Of a stretch of DNA of 64,000 nt, positions 1-7,825 are shown one piece after another (position 1 is the stretch's first letter; each line of letters begins with the position of its first letter). The notes under the pieces were generated by a model that was not told the DNA's origin, made no database searches, and saw only the letters and a program-made list of their open reading frames with translations. Both the position numbers and the translations under genes were made by a program. Source of the stretch: a virus; IMG/VR virus record IMGVR_UViG_3300025120_000036, positions 4,974 to 68,973 of that record; one strand, given 5' to 3'.

Positions 1-1176
1 TTGTGCACCATCGTCTGCTCCAGTTGGCAAATAAGAACTTGGAATTCTTAAACCTCTAAAAAGTTTGTTAGTAAAGAATCTCAAATCATCAATCTCTCCC
101 AAGTTAGTACCACCCGGAAGTGTGTCTACTTTAGAGCCTCTTCCTTCTGCAGTTTGTGGAAAGAAGTAATCTTCATTGATACTCATTGGATTGTAAGTGG
201 CGTCAACATAGTTCATACCACCTGATGTGCTTGGAATTCTTCTTTGATTAATTTCATTTTTAACTCGTTCAACAAATTGCATTGCCAAGTGTGTAGGCAT
301 ATTACCTACGTCAATGTAGAACACTCTTCTTTCAGGTGCTCTTTGTACTCTGTAAATAATAATTGCATCTTCAAGCAATTCTTTTTGTTTGTAAACTTTG
401 AACACTTGTTCTAACACTGATTGTCCAAACGGAAATAAATTATCTAAACCATCACTCATTGACATATGAACCACGTGTTCAGCATTAATACTGTATTGAT
501 TCATTGCTCTGTAGAATCTACCGCCTGCGCCTGCACTGCCCATATTAGCGTTTGTCATTGTAGTGCCTTGTCCTGCACCTGCATAATTTTGATTGTACGT
601 GCCACCCGTTGTTCCACCGCCACCATACGTTTGATTTGGTGTAATTTGCGTTGCACTCAATCTTTGTAAATTAGGATTAATATCTCTTACAACATATTGT
701 TCTGGCAATTTGCCTTCTGATTCGTTTACAATGATTCTATCTACTTTGGCAGGATCAATATAAAGTAATCTGTTTGTTTCGGGATCTCTAACAAAGAAAC
801 AGTCACCGTATTTTAATGTGTTTCTAAAAATTCTAAAAACTCTTTTTTGAAACTTGTTAGACTTTGTCCATTGTTGTAATGCTTTTTTTAATAGTTTTAT
901 TTCTGAATCTGTAACGTCACCTTTGAACACAATGTCAAACGGTGTTTCGTTTTCTTTATTACTCTGTGTACAAAATTCTGCAAGAATATCTAGTGCCGCA
1001 TTTACTTCAGAATCAGAATCCATTTGGTCGTATTGAAAGTACCTTTGTATTCTGTTAGGGTGTCCTGTGTAAACATCAGGCAAATAAGATGAATAATTTC
1101 TTTTTGCAAATTGTGGATTTCTATCTCCTGCTATGGGAGACATATTTGCGTCTTTAAAATATTTTTTCCAAGTCAT
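1..1176 (-). CDS. gp20: T4-like portal protein (5' part; continues beyond window start; absent from ORF track)
   Basis: Manual translation from ATG 1176: MTWKKYFKD...YDQMDSDSEVNAALDILAEF...LLEDAIIIYRVQRAPERRVFYIDVGNMP...EDYFFPQTAEGRGSKVDTLPGGTNLGEIDDLRFF, hallmark gp20 motifs. Confidence 0.95.
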   Translation of the reverse strand, partial: MTWKKYFKDANMSPIAGDRNPQFAKRNYSSYLPDVYTGHPNRIQRYFQYDQMDSDSEVNAALDILAEFCTQSNKENETPFDIVFKGDVTDSEIKLLKKALQQWTKSNKFQKRVFRIFRNTLKYGDCFFVRDPETNRLLYIDPAKVDRIIVNESEGKLPEQYVVRDINPNLQRLSATQITPNQTYGGGGTTGGTYNQNYAGAGQGTTMTNANMGSAGAGGRFYRAMNQYSINAEHVVHMSMSDGLDNLFPFGQSVLEQVFKVYKQKELLEDAIIIYRVQRAPERRVFYIDVGNMPTHLAMQFVERVKNEINQRRIPSTSGGMNYVDATYNPMSINEDYFFPQTAEGRGSKVDTLPGGTNLGEIDDLRFFTNKLFRGLRIPSSYLPTGADDGAQ

Positions 1177-1184
1177 TGTTTATA

Positions 1185-3314
1185 TTATACAAGAGAACCG
1201 TTCAAATTTGCAAGTTTTCTTGTGCTGTTTTCCGTATTTTTTTCTGTTTTAGCACTAATGCTAACAAGTGTATTTAAATGTTTTTCCATCTTACTTGATA
1301 TATCTGCAAACTGTTTAAACGTAACATTTTGTTTTCCAAATATTTCTTCCATTCTGCCCATATCTGCTCCTTGATTGGTTACTGATGCATTTACTCCGGT
1401 TGGTGATTTAGTAATAAGCATGGGTTCTACATTGCCAGATTGAGTTGGTAGGAATAATTCTGGTCCTCTTTCACCAACTAGTGCTGGTTGTCCTGCGGCC
1501 AATGAACCACCATACTGTCTTTTTGACAGTCCTGCACCAATCATTCCACCTACAAAATTACCTGCTGTGGCTCCAAGTGCAATACCTAGTGGTCCACCAA
1601 AGGCACCAAGTGCACCGCCAATGCCTGCTCCAATTAATCCGCCAATTCCTTGTTTGTCGTTCTTGTCTGAGTCGTCCATAAGCATTGATGCTGATGAACC
1701 AATGGCAAGTATGGCACCAATCGGTGCTATTACTCTACCTAAAACTCCTAGGGCTCCGCCTATTCTTCCTAATGGGCCTGCTAGTACACCTTTAGTTCCT
1801 ATGGCTGTACCTGCCGCCACTATGCCAACTTCTGATGCAAAATTGGCTGTGTATTTTAATAGTTGGGCACCTGCTACTGCTGTGGCCATTGTTGCAGGAG
1901 CGTTGGTTGTAAAATCTTCTAATGCTCCGCCAACTTTTGTTAATGTTTTATCAGTTGCACCTAATGTTGATGCTATACTTGGACCTACAACTTGTAAAAA
2001 GTTTGTTTGTAATCCTTCAATTTGACTTTTAAAAACTCTAAAGCCTTCTTGTGTAATACCAATTTGACCTGTTAAAGCATCTGTGGCTCTGCTTTGGTCT
2101 TGAATAATTTTATTTAAATCACCAAATCTGTCTCTGACATCGATTAATGCATTACCCACTTCACCTACGTTGCCTGCCGCTCTTAATACAGCAGGATCAA
2201 AATTGTTTAAGAATGTGTTACCACCCTGTTCTAAAGATTTGGCAAATTGTGCTGTTGATATATTTCCTTCACGTAAAGCCAGTATGTTGTCCATTAAGCC
2301 GTCAGTGGTTCCTACTAATGTTTGTTCAAATTGTCCAAGCGGGAATCCTGTGGCTAAAATATTTTTAACTGCACTGCCTAAAGCAGGATTTATATTATGT
2401 AACCCTGCTGTAAAAATTTGTAATTGATCTGCTCTAGTTTTTTCTAAGCCTTGTAAGAAAGTTGAAAACACTGCATCTGATTTTTGTGCTCGTACAGCCT
2501 CGTTTAGTTGTTCTCTTTGTATTCCTGTGATTTTAGCTACTTGGTCTAACTCTGCTGTGTAGTTTCTTAATGCTTCAGTTGTTGCCGCTTGATTTTTAAA
2601 TTCTTCTCTGCCTTGTGTTCTTTGTTGTTCTAAGAACGTTGAGAAAAAATCTAAATAATTTTCAGTTGTAATACCTAGTCCAGCAAATTGCGGTATTAAT
2701 TCATCTCTCACATTTGCGGCCAATCTTCCTACTTCGATGGCTCCTGACGTAGCCGAACCAAATAATCCTGCCAACACCTGATTGTTGCCAGCAATAAAAT
2801 CTGTAAATTCTAATAACGGTAGCCTAGAGTCTCTGGCCGCTAATCTTAAGCCAACTAAACTTTGATTAAAGTCAGCACCAATTGATGCTAGGGCTCTAAA
2901 GTTGTTAATATTAAAGTCTAAACTTTTACCAAGCTCATCAACCGCGGCACCAAGGACTGGAAAGTTTTTTAGAGCACCGGTATAGAAACCAATCTGTTCT
3001 GCACCTTTTTGACCAGCATCTCCTAATTTAAAAAGTGTGCCACCAACATCTCCAATTGTGGTACCAACTTTTTTAAATGCTTTGTCTGTTGCTACTACTT
3101 GCTTTTCTAATTTTTCTAATTCTTGGACTAAATCTTTGTTTTCTTTAGAAAGTTGGTTAGTATTGCCTTTTAACTTTACCAATGCTTTTGTTAGATCTGC
3201 ATTAGATTCACCACGTCCTACACGTGTTTTAAGCTCTTTGATTAAAGCACTGAGTTCTTTACTGTTTCTACCCAGTATCTTATTCAGCTCTTCTAGTAGT
3301 TGTTGTTCATCCAT
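1185..3314 (-). CDS. Tail tape measure protein
   Basis: 709 aa, helical Ala/Gly/Leu/Gln-rich, Gly-rich hydrophobic segments, C-terminal GG..AGQPALVGERGPELFLP motif typical of tape measure proteins. Confidence 0.75.
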   Translation of the reverse strand: MDEQQLLEELNKILGRNSKELSALIKELKTRVGRGESNADLTKALVKLKGNTNQLSKENKDLVQELEKLEKQVVATDKAFKKVGTTIGDVGGTLFKLGDAGQKGAEQIGFYTGALKNFPVLGAAVDELGKSLDFNINNFRALASIGADFNQSLVGLRLAARDSRLPLLEFTDFIAGNNQVLAGLFGSATSGAIEVGRLAANVRDELIPQFAGLGITTENYLDFFSTFLEQQRTQGREEFKNQAATTEALRNYTAELDQVAKITGIQREQLNEAVRAQKSDAVFSTFLQGLEKTRADQLQIFTAGLHNINPALGSAVKNILATGFPLGQFEQTLVGTTDGLMDNILALREGNISTAQFAKSLEQGGNTFLNNFDPAVLRAAGNVGEVGNALIDVRDRFGDLNKIIQDQSRATDALTGQIGITQEGFRVFKSQIEGLQTNFLQVVGPSIASTLGATDKTLTKVGGALEDFTTNAPATMATAVAGAQLLKYTANFASEVGIVAAGTAIGTKGVLAGPLGRIGGALGVLGRVIAPIGAILAIGSSASMLMDDSDKNDKQGIGGLIGAGIGGALGAFGGPLGIALGATAGNFVGGMIGAGLSKRQYGGSLAAGQPALVGERGPELFLPTQSGNVEPMLITKSPTGVNASVTNQGADMGRMEEIFGKQNVTFKQFADISSKMEKHLNTLVSISAKTEKNTENSTRKLANLNGSLV

Positions 3315-3336
3315 TTTTTAGGCCATTTTCTGCGTA

Positions 3337-3344
3337 TATAAATA
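3337..3344 (+). promoter_or_regulatory. T4-type late promoter TATAAATA for the gp26-like gene
   Basis: Exact T4 late consensus in the intergenic gap; a gp55-like sigma is encoded in the window. Confidence 0.75.
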
Positions 3345-3369
3345 TAGACACGTTCTCATATCTATGTTA

Positions 3370-3377
3370 TATTTATA
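3370..3377 (-). promoter_or_regulatory. T4-type late promoter TATAAATA for the tape measure/portal genes
   Basis: tatttata on + strand, upstream of ATG 3314. Confidence 0.75.
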
Positions 3378-3388
3378 GAACGTAAATT

Positions 3389-4246
3389 ATGGTAGAAAAC
3401 ACTAACCCACTAAACAAGTATTACAGGCAACCTGCAATATACATTACTTTGCCCTCCAAAGGCAAATACTATACTGCTGTATCCTATCAAACCACAGAAA
3501 CAGGTGAAATACCTGTTATGCCGATGACTGCAAAAGACGAGATGGCATTTAAAACACCAGATGCTATGATCAACGGTCAAGCTACTGTGGATGTGATTAA
3601 GAGTTGTTGTCCTAATATACTAGATCCATGGCAATTAGCCAACTATGATTTGGATACTGTTTTGTTAGGGATTAGAATTGCTACTTACGGAGAAACCATG
3701 GACATAAACGCGACGGTGCCTGTGGTCAACGAGCAGATGGGTCATACTGTTAACCTACCTGCTCTACTTGATAGTATAAGAAATTTTGAATTAAAAGAGT
3801 CATTTAAAACAGACGCTGGATTTGAAGTGTTTGTAAAACCTTTAACCTACAAAGAAGTTACTGATGCACAGGTTAAAACTTTTGAACAACAAAAAATGGT
3901 TGCCGCAGTTGGACAATCACAAATGACAGATGAACAAAAGAGTCAAAAATTTGCAGAAGCACACAAGGTGTTGACTGAATTAAATTTTGAAATATTGTCA
4001 ACAAGTTTTGCAAAAATTATCACTCCAGAAGGACAGGTGGTAGACGATCAAAATCAAATTAAAGAATTTTTAGAAAATGCAGATTCAAAAACTGTAAATT
4101 CTTTTCAAGACAAAATGCTTGTATTAAGGAACCAAGCACAGGTAAAACCGATCAAACTTAAAGCTACTGATGAACAGATTAAAAAAGGAGCGCCGGTGAC
4201 ATTTGAAACACCGTTGACGTTTGATAACTCAAATTTTTTCGTATAA
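3389..4246 (+). CDS. gp26-like baseplate hub / tail assembly chaperone
   Basis: NPL..Y.RQP.IYI.LPS.G, PMTAKDE, D.D.VL..IR.ATYGE motifs; ends in ...NFFV over a slippery site. Confidence 0.7.
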   Translation: MVENTNPLNKYYRQPAIYITLPSKGKYYTAVSYQTTETGEIPVMPMTAKDEMAFKTPDAMINGQATVDVIKSCCPNILDPWQLANYDLDTVLLGIRIATYGETMDINATVPVVNEQMGHTVNLPALLDSIRNFELKESFKTDAGFEVFVKPLTYKEVTDAQVKTFEQQKMVAAVGQSQMTDEQKSQKFAEAHKVLTELNFEILSTSFAKIITPEGQVVDDQNQIKEFLENADSKTVNSFQDKMLVLRNQAQVKPIKLKATDEQIKKGAPVTFETPLTFDNSNFFV

Positions 4247-4470
4247 GACTTTTGGCACTCTCGGATTCTGAAATAATCAAATTTTTAAAAGATTTAGAAT
4301 CAGACATAAAAAATCTCAAACATGAATTACTTAAAATATGTTGGTATATGCGAGGCGGAGTAACTTACCAAGAATCTCTCAATATGAGCCTAGATGAACG
4401 CAAAATAGTTGCTAACATAGTCAAGGACAACTTGGAAACTACCAAAAAATCAGGTAGAGATTTCTTTTAA
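4228..4470 (+). CDS. gp51-like small protein, probably made as a -1 frameshift extension of the upstream ORF
   Basis: W.MRGGVTY.E..NMS..ER motif; only a TTG start at 4252 with no clear RBS; reading frame open from 4228, overlapping the slippery site. Confidence 0.65.
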   Translation, partial: LKFFRIRLLALSDSEIIKFLKDLESDIKNLKHELLKICWYMRGGVTYQESLNMSLDERKIVANIVKDNLETTKKSGRDFF

Positions 4471-4534
4471 ATGTGCTATAATCATTAACATATACTTTAA
4501 TGAACTCAAAATTTTAGGATAATTACACTCACTT

Positions 4535-4822
4535 ATGTCAAACAAAGATCTCGCACGAGAATTTAAAAAGACTATTCAAGAACTTACAGACGACAAAGAA
4601 GAATTGCAAAAAAAGATAAGTGCAAAAGAGTCTCGAATAAAACAGATATTGATACAGTTAGAAAATGCAACTGATGATGTGTCTCATTGTGGTAAAAAAA
4701 TACGTCAACAAGAAGATGAAATAAAAAGCCTAACATTGGAATTAGATGAATTTCAAAGGAAAGAAAAAGCAAACAATGAAACAGTCAAAGAGCCAGAACC
4801 TGAAATCAAAGAAGAAGAATAA
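4535..4822 (+). CDS. Hypothetical coiled-coil protein
   Basis: 95 aa, heptad E/K/Q-rich; TGcTATAAT and ATAATTA elements upstream. Confidence 0.7.
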   Translation: MSNKDLAREFKKTIQELTDDKEELQKKISAKESRIKQILIQLENATDDVSHCGKKIRQQEDEIKSLTLELDEFQRKEKANNETVKEPEPEIKEEE

Positions 4823-5318
4823 ACCCACACAGTTTATAAAAAATTGGTTACGTAAATTTGTAGAAGTGCCACACCCTGCATTTGCGGATATGCCACCATG
4901 TCCTTATGCTAGACAGGCTCGAATGCAAGACAAAATAAAGTTTATGGAAATCAACACAGCTTTTCCTGAAGTAAACATTTATTTAGAAATAAGCAAATTT
5001 GATTTTGACAACAATGATGTGTTGGTAATGATACTGCCTGCAGATGATTTAACGGTCAAACAAACTCAAAGCACAGCAATCACATTAAACAAGCAATTTC
5101 GTAAAAGCGATATTGTGGTACTAGAAGATCATCCTCAAATAAAAGAACAAGTACAGTCAGTTAAACTTAACAACGGGCAATACATTTTGTTTTTGGCTCA
5201 AAGACTTTCAAAATTAAACAAGGCCAGTAGTGCTTTGAAACGAACTGGATACTACAAAAATTGGACTAAACAGTATTTTGACCACGTGGTAACTTCGAGA
5301 GATCCTCAATCTTCTTAA
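4776..5318 (+). CDS. DUF1415-like hypothetical protein (start uncertain, 4746 or 4776)
   Basis: W...FVE.P......PCPYA and DHP motifs resemble DUF1415-type proteins. Confidence 0.5.
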   Translation: MKQSKSQNLKSKKKNKPTQFIKNWLRKFVEVPHPAFADMPPCPYARQARMQDKIKFMEINTAFPEVNIYLEISKFDFDNNDVLVMILPADDLTVKQTQSTAITLNKQFRKSDIVVLEDHPQIKEQVQSVKLNNGQYILFLAQRLSKLNKASSALKRTGYYKNWTKQYFDHVVTSRDPQSS

Positions 5319-6066
5319 TCCGGCTGTCACGTTGACACAACCTCACATATTTTTCTTTGTCTTTGCTCCACTCCGTGCCTGTCCACCATTGGAATCCTCT
5401 GTACTGACTTTTGTATGCACTGCTTTTTTCATAACCACTGCCCAGATACAAATCTGATACTCCACGTCTCTTGCACCAGCTGGCTTCCATGTCCACAGTG
5501 ACTTGACTGATGGGCACTGTGTTGGCATGAAGCACACTCTCTACTGCTACACACTGATCTGGATTTAATCTTTTTAGTTCTTTTCTGTTGTTGAAGTTCA
5601 GCAGTTCTTCTTGGAACCAATAGCGTTTAATTTTGGAAAAGCCAACCATGTTGGTGACGTTGCCCACGTAGTACAATAAAAAACTGTCTCGGTCTGATAT
5701 GTGTCCAAACGGATCATAGAGATCTCTGAATCCGGTACGTTTGATATAGCTGTTGTACACACGTCTCAGGCCAGTCATCTCAATGTTGTCTGTGTCTGGA
5801 ACAATTTCCATCATCTGTATAGTACGGCCACGCCATTGCGCCGTACGTTTGGACGGTCTGTACTGTGATAGATTGATACGTGTACTACGGCTTTGATAAA
5901 AACATTCCTGCAGTCTGCCTTCAAAATGCACAGGATTATCCAGTGCCAACCAGCCAGTGTCCAGCATTTCTGCTTCTTCGAAACTTTCGGGAATTGCAAA
6001 AGGTTTACACACAACAAGGTCCTGTCTTTCCTGTTTGCCAAAACTGTGATCAAAAAGTAATTGCAT
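5266..6066 (-). CDS. ATE/Bpt-like aminoacyl-tRNA--protein transferase (GNAT fold)
   Basis: N-terminal ML..GW...S.RI.L and C-terminal LYLG.GYE....YK..Y.GF.W motifs resemble the ATE_N/ATE_C arrangement. Confidence 0.55.
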   Translation of the reverse strand: MQLLFDHSFGKQERQDLVVCKPFAIPESFEEAEMLDTGWLALDNPVHFEGRLQECFYQSRSTRINLSQYRPSKRTAQWRGRTIQMMEIVPDTDNIEMTGLRRVYNSYIKRTGFRDLYDPFGHISDRDSFLLYYVGNVTNMVGFSKIKRYWFQEELLNFNNRKELKRLNPDQCVAVESVLHANTVPISQVTVDMEASWCKRRGVSDLYLGSGYEKSSAYKSQYRGFQWWTGTEWSKDKEKYVRLCQRDSRIKKIEDLSKLPRGQNTV

Positions 6067-6084
6067 TGCTTAATAGTTATTGAG

Positions 6085-6479
6085 TTGAAGAGATGTGCAT
6101 GAGCACATCTGAAACTTCGCTGTGCTCGTTTCCTTTGTTGCGTCTCCTGTGGTAGATGAGCAGTCACAATTCGGCTATTTCTAGCCGAACCGACTTGAGC
6201 TCTGTGGTGAGTTCACAGTCACTATACATCGCTACTTGCGTCGGGCGGTTGTGCTGTACCCGTTTGCTCATTCATTACAACGCGAGCCTACCAAATCCTT
6301 GTATAATAGTTTTTGGTAAACCTGAGGTTTGTCTTTTTCTAAGAGCCTCATCATTTTTGCATTTGCATCTACAGATTCACCTATCCTCTTATCGAGTGCA
6401 ATTCTGTGCTCACTACATTGATGCTATTTTTGCCTATTGAGAAATTTGTTTGCCTGGTGGTTGGATGCTGTTGCCCAAC
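6085..6479 (-). ncRNA. Unidentified ~400 nt structured non-coding RNA (or origin-associated primer RNA)
   Basis: No credible ORF; many stems, a GAAA tetraloop and G-U pairs that work on the minus strand; two candidate long-range pairings; upstream sigma70-type promoter. Confidence 0.6.
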
Positions 6480-6484
6480 ACTAG

Positions 6485-6513
6485 TATATAACATGGAATA
6501 CTTTTGGGGTCAA
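6485..6513 (-). promoter_or_regulatory. Sigma70-type promoter for the structured RNA
   Basis: TTGACC-17 nt-TATATA with a TG extension (overlapping TATACT); predicted start ~6479. Confidence 0.6.
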
Positions 6514-6536
6514 TCTTTTTGACTTTAAATACCACT

Positions 6537-6977
6537 ATGACATGGTTTTACCAAAACAATCCAATAGCTGAATTACCTGCGGACTGTGTGGGTTTTGTGT
6601 ACGAAATAACCTGCCTAGAGAACCAACGCAAATACATAGGCAAGAAATTAGCCAAATTCAAAACCACGCGATATAAAATGCACACGCAAAAAAACGGAAA
6701 AAAAATACGCAAAAGAATTCGCGGCGCTGTAGACAGCGGTTGGAAACAATACTACGGTAGCAGTGACGCATTGCAAAAGGACATTGATTTATATGGTGCT
6801 GACAAATTTAAAAGAGAAATATTGTTCTATTGCCACAGCAAAGCAGAACTATCTTACGTAGAAGCCAGAGAACAGTTTGCACGAAAAGTGTTAGAATCTG
6901 ATCACTACTACAACGGACACATAAGAGTGAGAGTCCATGGCAAAGGAATCCTAAAAGAAAAAGCCCCCAACCGTTAA
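6537..6977 (+). CDS. Stand-alone GIY-YIG endonuclease (endonuclease II/Seg-like)
   Basis: GFVYEIT...RKYIGKK, W..YYGSS, F.REIL, YYNG.I motifs; likely start ATG 6537 just after TTTAAATA. Confidence 0.85.
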   Translation: MTWFYQNNPIAELPADCVGFVYEITCLENQRKYIGKKLAKFKTTRYKMHTQKNGKKIRKRIRGAVDSGWKQYYGSSDALQKDIDLYGADKFKREILFYCHSKAELSYVEAREQFARKVLESDHYYNGHIRVRVHGKGILKEKAPNR

Positions 6978-6990
6978 GCTGAAGGCTTTT
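6952..6990 (-). terminator. Intrinsic terminator after the H1-like gene
   Basis: Minus strand AAAAGCCTTCAGCT-TAAC-GGTTGGGGGCTTTT followed by a T-rich tract; sits between convergent genes. Confidence 0.7.
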
Positions 6991-7012
6991 GTGAATTGCA
7001 ATTCAATAATTA

Positions 7013-7201
7013 TTACGCGGCTTTTTGTGCGTTTTTAGTTTCTTGAATTTCTTTTCTTCTTGATTTAATTAACTTAGATAATTCAGCAAGTGCTTTTCTG
7101 GCTCTTGTTGCAGATGCCTTTACGCCTTTTTCCACAAACTTAGAATTTTCTTCTGAGTATGTTTGAATTGCTGTCATTATTGATTCATGTGTTTGTGACA
7201 T
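7013..7201 (-). CDS. Small basic histone H1-like protein
   Basis: 62 aa, KGVKASATRARKAL.EL.K..K.RRKEI motif. Confidence 0.65.
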   Translation of the reverse strand: MSQTHESIMTAIQTYSEENSKFVEKGVKASATRARKALAELSKLIKSRRKEIQETKNAQKAA

Positions 7202-7240
7202 ATTTTTTCCTTTTGTTGTCGTACGATAATTAATTAACGT

Positions 7241-7825
7241 ATGATCAATGATAGCATTAAATTTCTGGTTCAGTCAATAGAAAAATCGCTGGTAATACAA
7301 AAACATGGATGTTATTACCAAAGTTTTCAAGATATTCTACCAGAAAACCTTCTAGAAAGATTAAAAAAGTTAGAACCTACTAATTGTTTGGTAAAAAAAT
7401 TAGAAGGACAAGAAACTTTTAATCGAGTGAGAGTCGACTATCAAGAAGACATATCTAAAGCATTAAATTTAATTTTTAAGTCATCAAAAATTAAAAATGT
7501 ATTTGAAGAAAAATATAAAATGGAATTAGTACCACAAACCACTGACATTTGGTTTGACAGTAAAGGATATAACTTAACGCCGCATACAGATGATTCACGC
7601 TTGGCTTTGTCAATGCAGATTTATATAAACACTGACAGTAGCATTCCTGGAACGGCCTTGTTCAAATCAAAGAATAGCACTGAATCTTTTTGTCAATTTA
7701 AATATGTAGAAAACAATGGCTATTCACTACTCAACAACAAAACCGGATATCACGGCACTGCATTTGAAATGAAGTCTTCAAATGTTAGGAAAAGTGTTTA
7801 TGTAAGATATGGAAAACGCACCTAG
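7241..7825 (+). CDS. 2OG-Fe(II) oxygenase
   Basis: H-x-D (PHTDD), distal His (YHG), R-x-S (RKS). Confidence 0.75.
   Translation: MINDSIKFLVQSIEKSLVIQKHGCYYQSFQDILPENLLERLKKLEPTNCLVKKLEGQETFNRVRVDYQEDISKALNLIFKSSKIKNVFEEKYKMELVPQTTDIWFDSKGYNLTPHTDDSRLALSMQIYINTDSSIPGTALFKSKNSTESFCQFKYVENNGYSLLNNKTGYHGTAFEMKSSNVRKSVYVRYGKRT

Noticed and set aside
466-3321. Plus-strand short ORFs over the portal and tape measure genes
   Set aside because: Antisense shadows of well-supported minus-strand genes
6156-6440. 94-aa plus-strand ORF and the 118-aa minus-strand ORF 5811..6167
   Set aside because: No RBS, atypical Cys/Ser/His-rich composition; they overlap the structured element or the ATE-like gene
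6085-6479. Group I intron, tmRNA or RNase P identity for the structured region
   Set aside because: No interrupted gene; no convincing P/Q/R/S core, no tRNA-like ends or tag ORF, no GAGGAAAGUCC. Only a weak GAUGUAUAGU resemblance to the S element
6537-6977. GIY-YIG gene as an intron-encoded homing endonuclease
   Set aside because: Free-standing, has a late-promoter-like element, interrupts no gene, and is on the opposite strand from the structured RNA
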